Positions 34,118-44,737 are shown, counted from the first letter of the stretch. The stretch is 64,000 nt of DNA from an uncultured Spirochaetota bacterium (GCA_963734495.1 CAVTHK010000003.1:160001-224000), one strand, 5' to 3'. The notes: generated from the letters alone by a model not told the origin. Numbers and translations are program-made.

Positions 34118-36618
34118 ATGGCGAGGTCGGCTCCTGCCTCTGCGGTCGCCTTTGCGTTCCTCGTTGCATGGCCTCAGCCGATCGCCGCGCAGAACCCGCG
34201 CGCGAGCGTCGTTCTCCTCATGGACCTGTCCTACAGCCTCCGGCTTCGAGAGGGGGGCGTGCGGCGCGTCGACCTGCTGCGCGACGCCGTCTCCTCCCTG
34301 GTCGACGCGCGGGGGATCGAGTGGGCGCTGCTCTCCTTTCGCGACGTGGGCGATCTGCGCGTGCACGTTCCGTTCACGGAGGAGCCGGCCAGGATCCGCG
34401 CCGCACTTCCGGACCTTCCCGACGGCCGGCTGTCGCCCATCCGCGAAGGGATCGGCTGGGCGGGCGAGTACGCCGTCGGTCGCGCGCGCACGAAGAGACG
34501 GGCCGTGGTGCTCGTCTCGGACGGGATCGGGACCGGCGGAACGAGCTTTGCCGCGGCGACAGGAAAGGGTTTTGCCGACGAAGGCGTCGCCCTGTTCGTG
34601 CTCGGCGTCGACCACAAGGACAATCCCCCGATCCGCACGGCGCTCGAGGCTGTAGCGCTCGACACCGGCGGCGGCTACTACACATACCGGCGGGTCTATG
34701 ATCTGTCGCGCGCGCTCGCCCGCTTTGCCGCCGGCAGGGTCGGCGCCGCCGGCGCGGGGCGGCTCACCCGGCTCGCTCAGATCGACACGGGCGGAGCACG
34801 GGCGCGCCCGTCCCGGGCGGCCGCGCTGCCGCTCGACGCGATTCTGCTTGGAGCGGGAGCCGCGGGGCTGGCCGTCTTCGCGCTGCTGCGGATGAAGGGA
34901 AGCCGCACCGGGAGCCGGCGCGCAGCCCCAAGGCGCAAGCGCCTGATCATGCGGCTGGCGATCGTGCACCGCGACGCCCGCGTCGAGCGGCTCCACTTCG
35001 AGCGGCCGCCGGTCCGCGTAGGCGCGGGCAAGGACGCCCGCGTCTCGGTGCCCGGCGCGGGCAAGGCGGGCTTCTCGCTCGACTGGGACCGCGAGAACGT
35101 CTGGCTCGAAGCGGCCGCGCCCGTGATCGTCAACGGCGTCGCGCGCACGCGCAAGACCCTGCACGCGAACGACCGCATCGCGCTGGCCGGCGCCCGCATC
35201 GTCTTTCTCGGCATGCTCGTCCGCGAGGAGAGCGACGAGGCGCCCGCGCCGAGCGAGGGTGGACCTCACGCCGCTCGTGGCCGTTTCCATGGTGCTGGTG
35301 ATTGCGGGAGCGATTGTCGCGGCGGCGCGCGGAATGTCGGCGGCCGCGGCGGCTGCCGCGGCGCGGCCGGTGGCGCGCCTGGCGCCGGCGCCGGCGCCGC
35401 CTGCAGCGCCGCCGGCGACAGCCGCCGCCCGGCCGGAGGGGACGGTGCGGCCGACGGTGGCTGTCGCCCGGGCGGGGACGCCGGAGGCGATCGTCGGCGG
35501 CGGAGGACCCGCTGCGCCACGAGGCGCCCAGGCTCCCGCCGCCGAAGCCCGCCGCCGCGCCGGCGCCGCGGCCCGCAGCCCCGCCGCCCCCGGCCGCCGC
35601 CCGCGCCCGCGCGCGCGCCGCGGCGCAGCCGTCGTTCCCGCGGCCGGTGCCGCCGGCCGCGCCGGCGCCCGCGCCGCTGGCTGAGCCGCTGCCCGCGGTT
35701 GCCGCCGCGGGGGAGCCCGCCGCTGTCCCCGCCGTTGCCGCCGCGGTCCGCGCCGCGTTCGCCGCTCCCGCCGAGACGCGCAGCGTGCCGCGCTCTCCCG
35801 TCCAGCAGGTCGCCCCAGGCGGAGCGGTGCCCTTCTTCAAAATTGACATCCTCTTCTTCCACGCCCACCCGGACGACGAGAGCCTGGATTTCGCGGGCCT
35901 GATGACTCTGGCGGCGCGGCGCGGCCTCAAGGCGGTCGTCGTGCTGTTCACCGACGGCGAGACAGGCGTCGACCAGTACCCCGACCGCGGCGAAGGCTCA
36001 GGCTACCCCGCGAAGGTGCTGACCGGCGCCGACCTGGCGCGCGTGCGCGTCGATGAGGCGGACAAGGCGCTGCAGGTGCTGGGCGCCAGGATGTACGTGC
36101 GGCTCGGCCTGCCGAACCATCCGTACAACACGTCGGCCGACGAGCTGCGGCGCGATCGCATCCTCGAGTCCTGGGGCGGCGAAGAGCGGCTCGTCGGGCG
36201 GGTCGAGGAGCTGATCCGGGGATTCCAGCCGGAGATCGTGGTATCGAGCGATTTCAACGAGAAGGCCTACGAGCACTTCGAGCACAAGGCCGCGGGGTAC
36301 GTCGTGCAGGCCGCGCTCCAGCGGCTCTTCGGCGCCGCGTCCGGGCCGCCGAGGCCCCGCGGCGGCTACCTCGTCTCGGTCGACCCGTTCCAGGGACCGC
36401 TGTACGGAGACGTCGTGCGCCTCGACCTGATGAAGCCGGACCCTGTCTCCGGCCTGAGCTATCGCGAGCTGCAGATGGCGGCGCTCAAGGAGCACGCGAC
36501 GCAGGCGGACGCGTCGCTGCTGGGGGTGGAGTTCCTGCCCAACTTCCGCTACGAGCAGTATCACCCCGTCTACTGGAACCTGCCTGCGGCGCTCCCGGAG
36601 ATGCTGGGGGCGCGATAG
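34118..36618 (+). CDS. VWA + FHA-like + Pro/Ala linker + PIG-L family deacetylase membrane protein (probably one gene with 2 frameshifts)
   Basis: LMDLSYSL (MIDAS-like), LVSDG, TM, VIVNGV...LHANDRIALAG (FHA-like), second TM at 35259, then HAHPDDES, FTDGE and HFEH (PIG-L/LmbE). Confidence 0.65.
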
Positions 36619-36648
36619 CGGCCGCGGGGCGCAGCCGCCGAGCAAGCG

Positions 36649-36693
36649 AAAAAAAAGCCCCGCGGCTCGGGCGCCGCAGGGCATCTGCTCGCG
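36649..36693 (-). terminator. Rho-independent terminator after fba
   Basis: Minus strand GCCCTGCGGC-GCCCGA-GCCGCGGGGC followed by a T run. Confidence 0.75.
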
Positions 36694-36706
36694 AACGGAG
36701 GCGATC

Positions 36707-37711
36707 TCAGTCCCAGGCGTGTCCGGCCGAGCCGAGGACGTCCTTGTTCTTGCGCGCGATCATCTTGGCCAGCTCGTCGCGGGCCGGGCCGAGGTACTTG
36801 CGCGGGTCGAACTCGCCGGGGTTCTCGGAGAGCACCTTGCGCACGATGGCGGTGATCACGAGGCGGCCGTCGGAGTCGATGTTGACCTTGCAGACCGCCG
36901 AGCGCGCCGCCTGCCGGACCTGCTCCTCGGGGATGCCGACGGCGTCCTTCATCTTCCCGCCGTACTTGTTGATGATGTCGATGTACTCGGTGAGCACCGA
37001 GCTTGCGCCGTGCAGCACGATCGGGAATCCCGGGATGCGCTTCTCGATCTCCTTGAGGATGTCGAAGCGGAGCGGGGGCGGGATCAGGACGCCGCGCGCG
37101 TCGCGGGTGCACTGCTCGGGCTTGAACTTGACGGCGCCGTGGGAGGTCCCGATCGAGATCGCCAGCGAATCGACGCCGGACTTCTTCACGAAGTCCTCGA
37201 CCTGCTCGGGCTGGGTGTAGATGTGCTTGGCGGCCTGGACATCCTCTTCGATGCCGGCCAGCACGCCGAGCTCGCCTTCGACCGTGACGTCGAACTTGTG
37301 CGCGTACTCGACGACCTTCTTGGTCTCCGCCACGTTCTCTTCGTACTTGAGGTGCGACCCGTCGATCATGACCGAGGAGAAGCCGCTGTCGACGCAGCTC
37401 TTGGCGGTCTCGAAGGTGTCGCCGTGATCGAGGTGCAGGGCGATCGGAAGCTTCTTGCCTTTGGAGAGCTCCTCGGCGAGGGCGACGGCTCCCTTGATCA
37501 TGAAGGCGAGCAGCGTCTGGTTGGCGTACGCCCGGGCGCCCTTGGAGACCTGGATGATCACCGGCGACGCGGAGTCGACGCAGCCCTTGATGATGGCCTG
37601 CAGCTGCTCCATGTTGTTCACGTTGTACGCGGGGATCGCGTAGCCGCCTGCCATGGCTTTCTTGAACATCCCTCTCGTGTTTACCAGACCTAGCTCTTTG
37701 TAAGTAGCCAT
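36707..37711 (-). CDS. fba: Fructose-1,6-bisphosphate aldolase, class II
   Basis: ALHLDHG, SSVMIDGS, VEGELG, GTSHGAVKF, VLHGASS, KVNIDSDGR and FDPRKYL; AGGAAGG RBS. Confidence 0.96.
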   Translation of the reverse strand: MATYKELGLVNTRGMFKKAMAGGYAIPAYNVNNMEQLQAIIKGCVDSASPVIIQVSKGARAYANQTLLAFMIKGAVALAEELSKGKKLPIALHLDHGDTFETAKSCVDSGFSSVMIDGSHLKYEENVAETKKVVEYAHKFDVTVEGELGVLAGIEEDVQAAKHIYTQPEQVEDFVKKSGVDSLAISIGTSHGAVKFKPEQCTRDARGVLIPPPLRFDILKEIEKRIPGFPIVLHGASSVLTEYIDIINKYGGKMKDAVGIPEEQVRQAARSAVCKVNIDSDGRLVITAIVRKVLSENPGEFDPRKYLGPARDELAKMIARKNKDVLGSAGHAWD

Positions 37712-37880
37712 CTTCCGTTCCTTCCTTGTGCGTTGGTGGGAGCGCCCGTTGGATGTGGGACAGGGCGGGCTGTCACGCGTCTTCGCAGGAAGCGCCGCAC
37801 TCTTCCCGCTACCGATACCCCGTCGTCCCGGAAAAGTCAAGGTCAGGAGGTGGCCCGCATACGCCTGGCCCGGCGCTCAA

Positions 37881-37910
37881 TTGACAAGCGGAGGGGGCCT
37901 TCATTAGTAT
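37881..37910 (+). promoter_or_regulatory. Sigma70 promoter of tRNA-Ala
   Basis: TTGACA-N18-TAGTAT, 12 nt before the tRNA. Confidence 0.55.
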
Positions 37911-37922
37911 GGTCCGGATGCC

Positions 37923-37996
37923 GGGGGTGTAGCTCAGTTGGCTAGAGCGCGTGAATGGCATTCACGAGGTCAGGGGTTCGATTCCCCTCACCTCCA
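37923..37996 (+). tRNA. tRNA-Ala (anticodon GGC)
   Basis: GGGGGTGTAGCTCAGTTGGCTAGAGCG, anticodon arm CGTGA-ATGGCAT-TCACG, GGTTCGATTCC, acceptor 3' strand CACCTCC-A. Confidence 0.95.
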
Positions 37997-38046
37997 GAAC
38001 CCGGAGGCCCCGTGCTGAGCGCGGGGATGCGCGTCAGGGGGCTGTT

Positions 38047-39650
38047 TTGGCCGCAGACGTCGATCCCGATCTTGCCGAGCTTCTAGGAGTTGAGGAAGAG
38101 GGCCCCGATTTCGAGTCCCTGTTCGGCGAGGAAGAGAAGGAAGGACCGGCCGCTCTCGCCGCTTCGACCAGGGAGCGATTCGCTCCGATCAAGGCATTCG
38201 AAGAAGCCCCCAAGCCCTATTTCAACGACAAGGACTACTACAAGACCGTCCTGGCCGGCGCGCCGGCCGATCTCGCCAAGCGGTTTCACACGCTGCTCAG
38301 CAACTACCTGAACGCCACCGACCCGCAGGACCGCTCCATGCACAGGGGCCGGGTGATTCCGGCCTTCTGGGACATGGCCGCCGCCGTCGCGCGGCGGGCC
38401 GGGGGCAAGCTCGCGCCCGGCCATCGCATGCTGCTGCGCTTCGGCGTGCTCTCCCCCACGTTCCTCGAGCCCGAGCACCGCGACGCTCTCGCCCGCGTCG
38501 ATCCTCGACAACAAGACCAAGGAGCCGGTCTACTACGTGGACGAATGGCTCGCCATGGTGGCGGTCGGGAAGGATCAACGCGTCCGAGACCGACGAGATC
38601 AAGCGCGTGCGAAAGGACGCCGCCCAGAAGACGCTCGAGCTCGTGGACAAGCGCAAGGGCCAGGTCGAGGCCGAGCTCTCGATGCTGCGCAAGAACATCT
38701 CCAGTCTCGACGCGTTTGAGACGAACCTCTCGCAGAACGTCGGGCGCATTCTGCAGCACTCCACCCGGCCGGAGTACGGCGACGCCAAGGACGCCTATTC
38801 GGACGACCAGAAAAAGGCGCTGGGCGAGCTCGGCGAGATCGTGCGCAGGCTGCAGGCCGCGGATCGCGAAGTGGCCGCCTCCTACCGCCGCCTCGCGGAG
38901 CTGCACCAGGAGCTCGAGAGCCTCTCGGACAGGGCGGAGGGCGACGGCGCCGCTTCCACGGTCGACTCGGGCGCCGTGCAGAGCGAATTCCAGGTGATCC
39001 GGCAGATGGCCAAGATGTGCGTCGGGAGGCAGGGCAATCACTTCCCGATCCTCATGAAGAGCTATTTCCGCGCCACGCTGTCCGCGGTGGCCACACGCGA
39101 GAACGTGATCAAGGAGCTGGCGGCGGTCGAGCACCTGGACTCGCAGCTGTTCCATCGCTCGTTCAGGGGGCAGACCAACCGGGTCGTCCCGAACGTGATC
39201 CTGATCCCGTGCTACGGCGACGAAGGGGTCTGCTGGGAGCCGTTCGAGCGGCGCAACCGCGCCTCCAGCCGTGGCCGCATCGCCGTTCCCATGTACCCGA
39301 AAAAGGTCAACGAAGCCGTCATCACGAGCGTCGCGGACCTGCGGTGGCAGGTGGCCAAGGAAAGGGCGCAGCACCACTGGATGGAAGAGGGCATCACGGG
39401 GCGCTACTACCAGTGGTTCTCGGACAATAAAATGAAGGGCGACGTCAAGGACGCCTTTGTCCGCGACTACATCCTCTGGATCACCGCCGAAAGCCAGGGC
39501 ATGCAGAAGCTCGACCGCGAGGTGAGGGGCATCTTCTGGCGGATGATGCCGTTCCCGCAGGAGCTCAAGGACCAGCTCCGCAACCGCGGGTTCGTCTACA
39601 ACGACCTGTACAAGAAAGACCAGAACATCGCGCGCTCCGACGGGTACTAG
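38047..39650 (+). CDS. Hypothetical protein with a central coiled coil (frameshifts near 38500-38580)
   Basis: Typical codon usage across ORFs 37951..38997 (5' part) and 38607..39650; TTG start at 38047; aromatic-rich C-terminal domain (WMEEGITGRYYQWF, DYILWI). Confidence 0.75.
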
Positions 39651-39802
39651 GCGGACGCGGTCCTCCGCGTCCAGACCCGTGGAAACCGAGCGGATGGCGC
39701 GCCTGCGTCAAGTCCGACAGGCTGCCAGACCGCCGCGCGGCGCGGGCCCCATCGCCGGGGCGCCCCGAATGGCGACCGCAGGCCGGCGCCAGGGAGCGCC
39801 CG

Positions 39803-40075
39803 CTACCTCTTTTTCGGCGTGAAGATCGGGTGCAGGTACTTGTCGAGATCCCACTTCGCCGAGACGCGCTTCATGATGAACCCGTACAGGAAGAAGCTGC
39901 CCACCAGCGCGGCGAAGAACAGGACGACGCTGATGATCCCGAACGCCTGCTGCAGCTTGTCGCCGAAGATGGCGACGAGCGCCACCATCGGGACCGCGAA
40001 CAGGACCAGCATCAGGACCAGGTTGAAGACAGTCGCGCCCAGAATAAAGAGGGCCGTGTTGACCTTCTTGTTCAT
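39803..40075 (-). CDS. Small two-TM membrane protein translationally coupled to lspA
   Basis: MNKKVNTALFILGATVFNL...; its ATG overlaps the lspA stop. Confidence 0.8.
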   Translation of the reverse strand: MNKKVNTALFILGATVFNLVLMLVLFAVPMVALVAIFGDKLQQAFGIISVVLFFAALVGSFFLYGFIMKRVSAKWDLDKYLHPIFTPKKR

Positions 40076-40575
40076 TCCTTTTTACTCCCTCTTTCCTCTC
40101 TCACGAAGCTCGCGAGCAGCGCGATGCCGGCCACGACGACCGTGGAATCGGCCACGTTGAAGGTCGGCCAGCGCTCGAACCCGAAGATGCCGTAGAACCG
40201 CACGCTCACGAAGTCCACGACGCCCCCGACCCGGAAGAACCTGTCGATGAGATTGCCGACTCCGCCGCCCAGTATAGCGGCAAAGCACCAGCGCTGGAAG
40301 GCCGTCAGGGTCTTCGAGCGAAGGTAGTAGACCAGGATCCCCGCGAGCACCGCGACGGGCAGCGCCCCGAGCACCACCGCGCGGACGCCGGCCGGCAGCC
40401 CGGCCCCCAGGCTGAAGGCCATCGCGGTGTTCCGCACGTGCCACAGCCACAGGAAGTCGCCCCAGACCTCGATGATCTGTCCCACGCGCATGGTCCGTTC
40501 GACGATGAGCTTGGTCGCCTGGTCGATCAGGACGATCGTCGGGGTGAGCAGAAGAGGGACGAGGTTGCGCCGCAC
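40072..40575 (-). CDS. lspA: Signal peptidase II (lipoprotein signal peptidase)
   Basis: DQATK, NTAMAFS, GGGVGNLIDR, GVVDFV and FNVADS motifs. Confidence 0.95.
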   Translation of the reverse strand: MRRNLVPLLLTPTIVLIDQATKLIVERTMRVGQIIEVWGDFLWLWHVRNTAMAFSLGAGLPAGVRAVVLGALPVAVLAGILVYYLRSKTLTAFQRWCFAAILGGGVGNLIDRFFRVGGVVDFVSVRFYGIFGFERWPTFNVADSTVVVAGIALLASFVREERGSKKE

Positions 40576-40580
40576 GGCCG

Positions 40581-41330
40581 CTACAGCCCCGTCGGGATGT
40601 CGAGGAGCACGCTCTCGAGGCCCGTCTTTTTCCGCACGAACTCGCTCATCAGCGTCACCCCCCAGGTTTCGGTCGCGTAATGGCCTGCGAACAGAACGTT
40701 GATCCCGGCCTCGAGCGCCTCGTGGTAGACCTCGTGCGAGGCATCGCCCGTGACGAACAGGTCCAGGCCCTCGTCGATGGCCTGCGAGACGGCGTGCGGG
40801 TCGCCCCCCGAGACGATGCCGACCGACCCGATGTCGGAGCGTCCGAACGGGAGCAGCGAGAGCGGCCGCGCGCCGATCAGGCCGGCCAGCCGTTCGAGCG
40901 GCTGCGGCTCGACGAGCCGGCCTTTGAAGCCGATCCGCATGCCGTGGTAGACGCCGAACGGCTCGATCGACGTGAGGCCCAGCCGCCGGGCGATGCCGAT
41001 ATTGTTACCGAGGTCCGGGTGCGCATCCAGCGGCAGGTGGACGGCGTAGAGCGCGAGGTCGTTCTGCACCAGAAACCTGACGCGGTCGTACAGCGTGCCC
41101 CGCAGCGGCAGCTGGCTGCCCCAGAAGAGGCCGTGATGCACGAAGAGCAACTGCCCGCCGGCCGCGACCGCCCTGCGGAAGCTCTCGAGCGACGCATCGA
41201 CCGCGAAGACCGCTCTGGAGATCTCGGGCCCGGAGCGCGCGACCTGAAGCCCGTTGATGGCCACGTCGTGCTCGAAGCTTCCGAAATCGAGCGTCGTGCG
41301 GACGAGCGCGTCGAAGTCTGCGAGCAGCAT
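40581..41330 (-). CDS. Nif3-like dinuclear metal centre hexameric protein (YbgI family)
   Basis: NGLQV, VHHGLFW, HLPLDAHP.LGNN and AGHYATETWG. Confidence 0.93.
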   Translation of the reverse strand: MLLADFDALVRTTLDFGSFEHDVAINGLQVARSGPEISRAVFAVDASLESFRRAVAAGGQLLFVHHGLFWGSQLPLRGTLYDRVRFLVQNDLALYAVHLPLDAHPDLGNNIGIARRLGLTSIEPFGVYHGMRIGFKGRLVEPQPLERLAGLIGARPLSLLPFGRSDIGSVGIVSGGDPHAVSQAIDEGLDLFVTGDASHEVYHEALEAGINVLFAGHYATETWGVTLMSEFVRKKTGLESVLLDIPTGL

Positions 41331-41466
41331 CCGGCCATTATAGAAGGCGGCGTCGCTTTGGCAATATCCGCGGCCCGGGCCCCCCGGGCCCGCGCGAAGG
41401 CGGCGGGCCGGTCTCGGCGCGGCCGGGCGCGGTGCGGCGGGCAGGCTGGTGCGCGCGCGGCTTTTG

Positions 41467-41494
41467 TTGACACTCGGCCCCCGGCTGCTATACT
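41467..41494 (+). promoter_or_regulatory. Sigma70 promoter of the HDOD operon
   Basis: TTGACA-N16-TATACT with an extended -10 TG. Confidence 0.6.
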
Positions 41495-41520
41495 GGTTCG
41501 GCTCTCAAAATAGGTGGTAT

Positions 41521-43011
41521 ATGGCGCCCCAAGTCGACGTAGTGCAGGTCAAGCGCGCGGTCAGCAACAGCATCCCGCTGACGATCAAGACCTACACGCT
41601 TCCTCACGAGACGGAAGCTTATATCGACCAGATTCTCGAGGTATTCCTCAAGGAGACGGGCTACGAAAACATAGTGACGCCCATCTCTTATTGCGTCAAG
41701 GAGTTGGCGGTCAACGCCAAGAAAGCCAATACCAAGCGGGTCTACTTCAAGGAGAAGGATCTCGATCTCAACAATCCCTCGGACTACGAGATCGGGATGA
41801 AGACGTTCAAGGAAGAGACGCTCGGGAACATAGATCACTTTCTCGAGAAGCAGAAGGCCGACGGCCTGTACGTCAAGCTGGTGCTCCGCGCCAAGAGCGG
41901 CACGCTCACGATTTCGGTGCACAACAACGTGGAGATCACCCGCAAAGAGCAGATGCGCGTCTTTGACCGGATCGCCCGTTCGCGCGCCTTCGAGACGATG
42001 GAAGAGGCGTTCTCGGCGGTCCTCGACAATTCCGAGGGCGCCGGGCTCGGCATCGTCATCCTGATCCTCATGCTGAAAAAGATCGGGCTCGACGAGGAAT
42101 CGTTCGAGCTCGAATACGAGAACGCCGAGACGATCGCCCGCATCGCCATCCCGCTCGACAAGGTGAAGCTCGAAAAGGTGCAGCTGCTCGCGCAGGCGGT
42201 GGTCCGCGAGGTCCAGGGCCTGCCGAAGTTCCCCGAGAACCTGGTCTACCTTCAGAAGCTCATCGCCGACAAGGAGAGCGAGATCCACGAGATCGCGCGG
42301 CAGGTCTCGACCGACCCCGCGCTGACCGCGGACCTCCTCAAGCAGGTCAACTCCGCGCTCTACATGCTGCCCAAGAAGATCGACAACATCGTCGAGGCGG
42401 TCAAGCTCGTCGGGATGCGCGGGCTGCGCAACCTCCTCTACCGCTACGGCAGCCAGAAGATCTTCGAAGGCAAGTACAGCGAGATGCGCGAGCTCTGGCG
42501 CCACTCCTACCAGGTCGCCTACTATGCCTACCACCTCGCGCGCCGCTCGCGCCGCCGCAACGAGGTGCTGGACGACGTGTACGTGGGCGGCATCCTCCAT
42601 GACCTCGGCAAGATCGTGGCCAACGCCCTGCACCCCGACCTCCTCGACCGCATCAAGAAGTTCTGCGCGGACAAGGAGATCCCCGACAAGCTGCTGGAGG
42701 ACTTTTCCATCGGGGTCAATCACGCGGAGATCGGCGCGATGATCGCGAACAACTGGAACTTCCCCGAGCAGCTCGTGGCGGCGATCCGCTGGCATCACGA
42801 GCCCGTGCAGGCGGACGAGCAGCATCGCGAGGTCGTCTCGATCGTCTACCTGGCCAACTGCTTCTCGAACCTCGATCACGGGATGCTCGAGTTCGAGCAG
42901 ATCGAGCCCGACATCCTCGCCCGTTTCGGGCTCAAGACCGGGGAACAGGTGCGCTCGCTCATGGAGGACCTCAAGAAGAACTTCGACAAGGAGCTGCTTC
43001 AGGGGGCCTGA
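41521..43011 (+). CDS. HATPase-like + HDOD domain signalling protein
   Basis: N-terminal ELAVNAKKAN and EGAGLGI; HDOD motifs LPKFP, DPALTADLLKQVNS, LWRHS, LHDLGK and WNFPEQL...WHH. Confidence 0.88.
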   Translation: MAPQVDVVQVKRAVSNSIPLTIKTYTLPHETEAYIDQILEVFLKETGYENIVTPISYCVKELAVNAKKANTKRVYFKEKDLDLNNPSDYEIGMKTFKEETLGNIDHFLEKQKADGLYVKLVLRAKSGTLTISVHNNVEITRKEQMRVFDRIARSRAFETMEEAFSAVLDNSEGAGLGIVILILMLKKIGLDEESFELEYENAETIARIAIPLDKVKLEKVQLLAQAVVREVQGLPKFPENLVYLQKLIADKESEIHEIARQVSTDPALTADLLKQVNSALYMLPKKIDNIVEAVKLVGMRGLRNLLYRYGSQKIFEGKYSEMRELWRHSYQVAYYAYHLARRSRRRNEVLDDVYVGGILHDLGKIVANALHPDLLDRIKKFCADKEIPDKLLEDFSIGVNHAEIGAMIANNWNFPEQLVAAIRWHHEPVQADEQHREVVSIVYLANCFSNLDHGMLEFEQIEPDILARFGLKTGEQVRSLMEDLKKNFDKELLQGA

Positions 43012-43430
43012 TGAGCGCCAAGACGACCGTCCGCTTCGAGGACGGACTCTCGTTCGACGCCGAGCTGCAGGGACATCACTTCAAGCTGGACTCCGACCCG
43101 AAGTTCGGGGGCAGGAACCGCGGCCCGACGCCCAAGCCCTTGATCCTGACCTCGCTCGCGGGCTGCACGGGCATGGACGTCGTCTCGATCCTGGGCAAGA
43201 TGCGCATGCCCTTCGACTCCTTCGAGGTCGAGGTCCAAGGCGACGTCACGGCCGAGCACCCCGTCGTGTACACTCGGATTCACGTCCGCTACGTCTTCAA
43301 GGGCGCGCAGCTCGACCGCGAGAAGATCGCGAAGGCGGTCGACCTGTCGCGCCACAAGTACTGCGGCGTCTACGCGATGCTGGACAAGGTCTGCACGGTC
43401 ACCCACGAGATCGTCACCTCGGCGGCCTGA
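43011..43430 (+). CDS. OsmC-family protein
   Basis: GPTPKPL..SLAGCTGMDV and LSRHKYCGVYAML. Confidence 0.9.
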   Translation: MSAKTTVRFEDGLSFDAELQGHHFKLDSDPKFGGRNRGPTPKPLILTSLAGCTGMDVVSILGKMRMPFDSFEVEVQGDVTAEHPVVYTRIHVRYVFKGAQLDREKIAKAVDLSRHKYCGVYAMLDKVCTVTHEIVTSAA

Positions 43431-43502
43431 GCGCCCGCGCCCGGGCGCAAACGCAGCACGACCCTCGACCCCGTCATCCTTTGCAGGTGCACCCGCAGCG
43501 GG

Positions 43503-43919
43503 GTGCGCCCGCGGAGGTGGAGATTGAAGGGAGTCGTCGTGGATGTCCGGGCCGCCGTCGTTGGCGACCGTCTCAAGGTCGGCGCGCGGGTGAGCACGCA
43601 GCAGGAGGGCCTCGTCGACGCTTTCCTGCCGGATCGGGAGGTGGCCGCGTTTCTCCCGCGCTCGCTGCTGCTGGGGGCGAGGGCCGATGCTCCGAGGAGC
43701 CTGCTCGCGAGCCTCACCCCCATATTGAAGCGCTTCACCGTGGGCCGGGAGGTGAGGGTGTGGAGCTACGAGGAGGAGCGCTACTTCTCGTTTCCGTCCT
43801 GGCGGTCGGTGCGCTTCCGCGCCCAAGACGAGCCCGCGGCGGCCCCGGCCGCTGAGGCCGGTGCGGAAGCGCCGCCGGAGCCCGGCGTCAACGGAGCCGC
43901 GAGTACCACGCCTGCATGA
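43503..43919 (+). CDS. Hypothetical protein
   Basis: Open frame with plausible codon use between osmC and the convergent TrmH gene. Confidence 0.55.
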   Translation: MRPRRWRLKGVVVDVRAAVVGDRLKVGARVSTQQEGLVDAFLPDREVAAFLPRSLLLGARADAPRSLLASLTPILKRFTVGREVRVWSYEEERYFSFPSWRSVRFRAQDEPAAAPAAEAGAEAPPEPGVNGAASTTPA

Positions 43920-44714
43920 GGATGCCGAACGCCACCGCGACGTTGAGCGACGCGCGGGCGCCGGCCATCGGAATGGACACCCGGCCGCCGCTGGACGCCG
44001 CCAGAGCGAGGGCCTCCGGGCTCAGCCCGAGCTCCTCGGAGCCTATCAGGACCGTGCCGCGGGCGGGGAACGCGAACTCATCGATGGGGACGCCGCCGGT
44101 CTCCAGGGCAAAGACGGGCGGTTTCGCCGGGGTGCCGTCGGGCGTGCCCTGATCTCCCGCCTGCGGGGCAATGTCCACGAGCTCGCAGACCGACCAGGGG
44201 ACCACGTCCGAGCATCCGCGCGACGTACGTCGTGGCCCTCGCGAGCGTGGGCAGAGGCGTCCGCGGCGACAGGTGCACGTGCTCCACCCCGAAGGCCTCG
44301 GCGGTGCGGAAGATCGCGCCGACGTTGTACGGAGAGCGGATGTCCTCGAGGTACACCCGCATGGGAAGCACCCGCCGCGTGACCGCGGGCTGCGCTGCGG
44401 CACCCGGGCAGGAGCTGGTCCCACTCGGCCCAGGGAACTTCGAGCTCGGCCATGATCAGGTGCCGCAGCGCGTTCAGGGATCTCAGCGCCTCGTCGCGCG
44501 GACCGGCGAGCCCGCTTTGCAGGGCCGCGGCCTGATCGCGCGGCGCGGGCCCGAGAGCCGACAGAAAGGCTTCGGAGCGGAGCAGCGGCTCGAGATCGCC
44601 GCCGCGGACGGCGCCGCCGGCGCCGAGGCGCGCTTCCTCGTCGCGGATCAGCACGAGGAGCTTGCGCAGGCGCGTCTTCGGAGGCAGTCGCTCGAGCTTC
44701 CGTACGCTGAACAT
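43888..44714 (-). CDS. TrmH/SpoU-family RNA methyltransferase (frameshifted)
   Basis: YLEDIRSPYNVGAIFRTAEAFG, ALETGG, IGSEELGL, IPMAG and SLNVAVAFGI. Confidence 0.88.
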
Positions 44715-44737
44715 GCGGTCTGCGGAGGGTCGCTGCG

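Noticed and set aside
33977-37996. Integrative element bounded by the two tRNAs
   Set aside because: The interval holds fba, with no integrase and no duplicated tRNA 3' end.
39651-39730. IS/MITE end-like sequence AAGTCCGACAGGCTGCCAG and a GC hairpin after the hypothetical gene
   Set aside because: No matching inverted partner, target duplication or transposase seen; at most a remnant or terminator between convergent genes.
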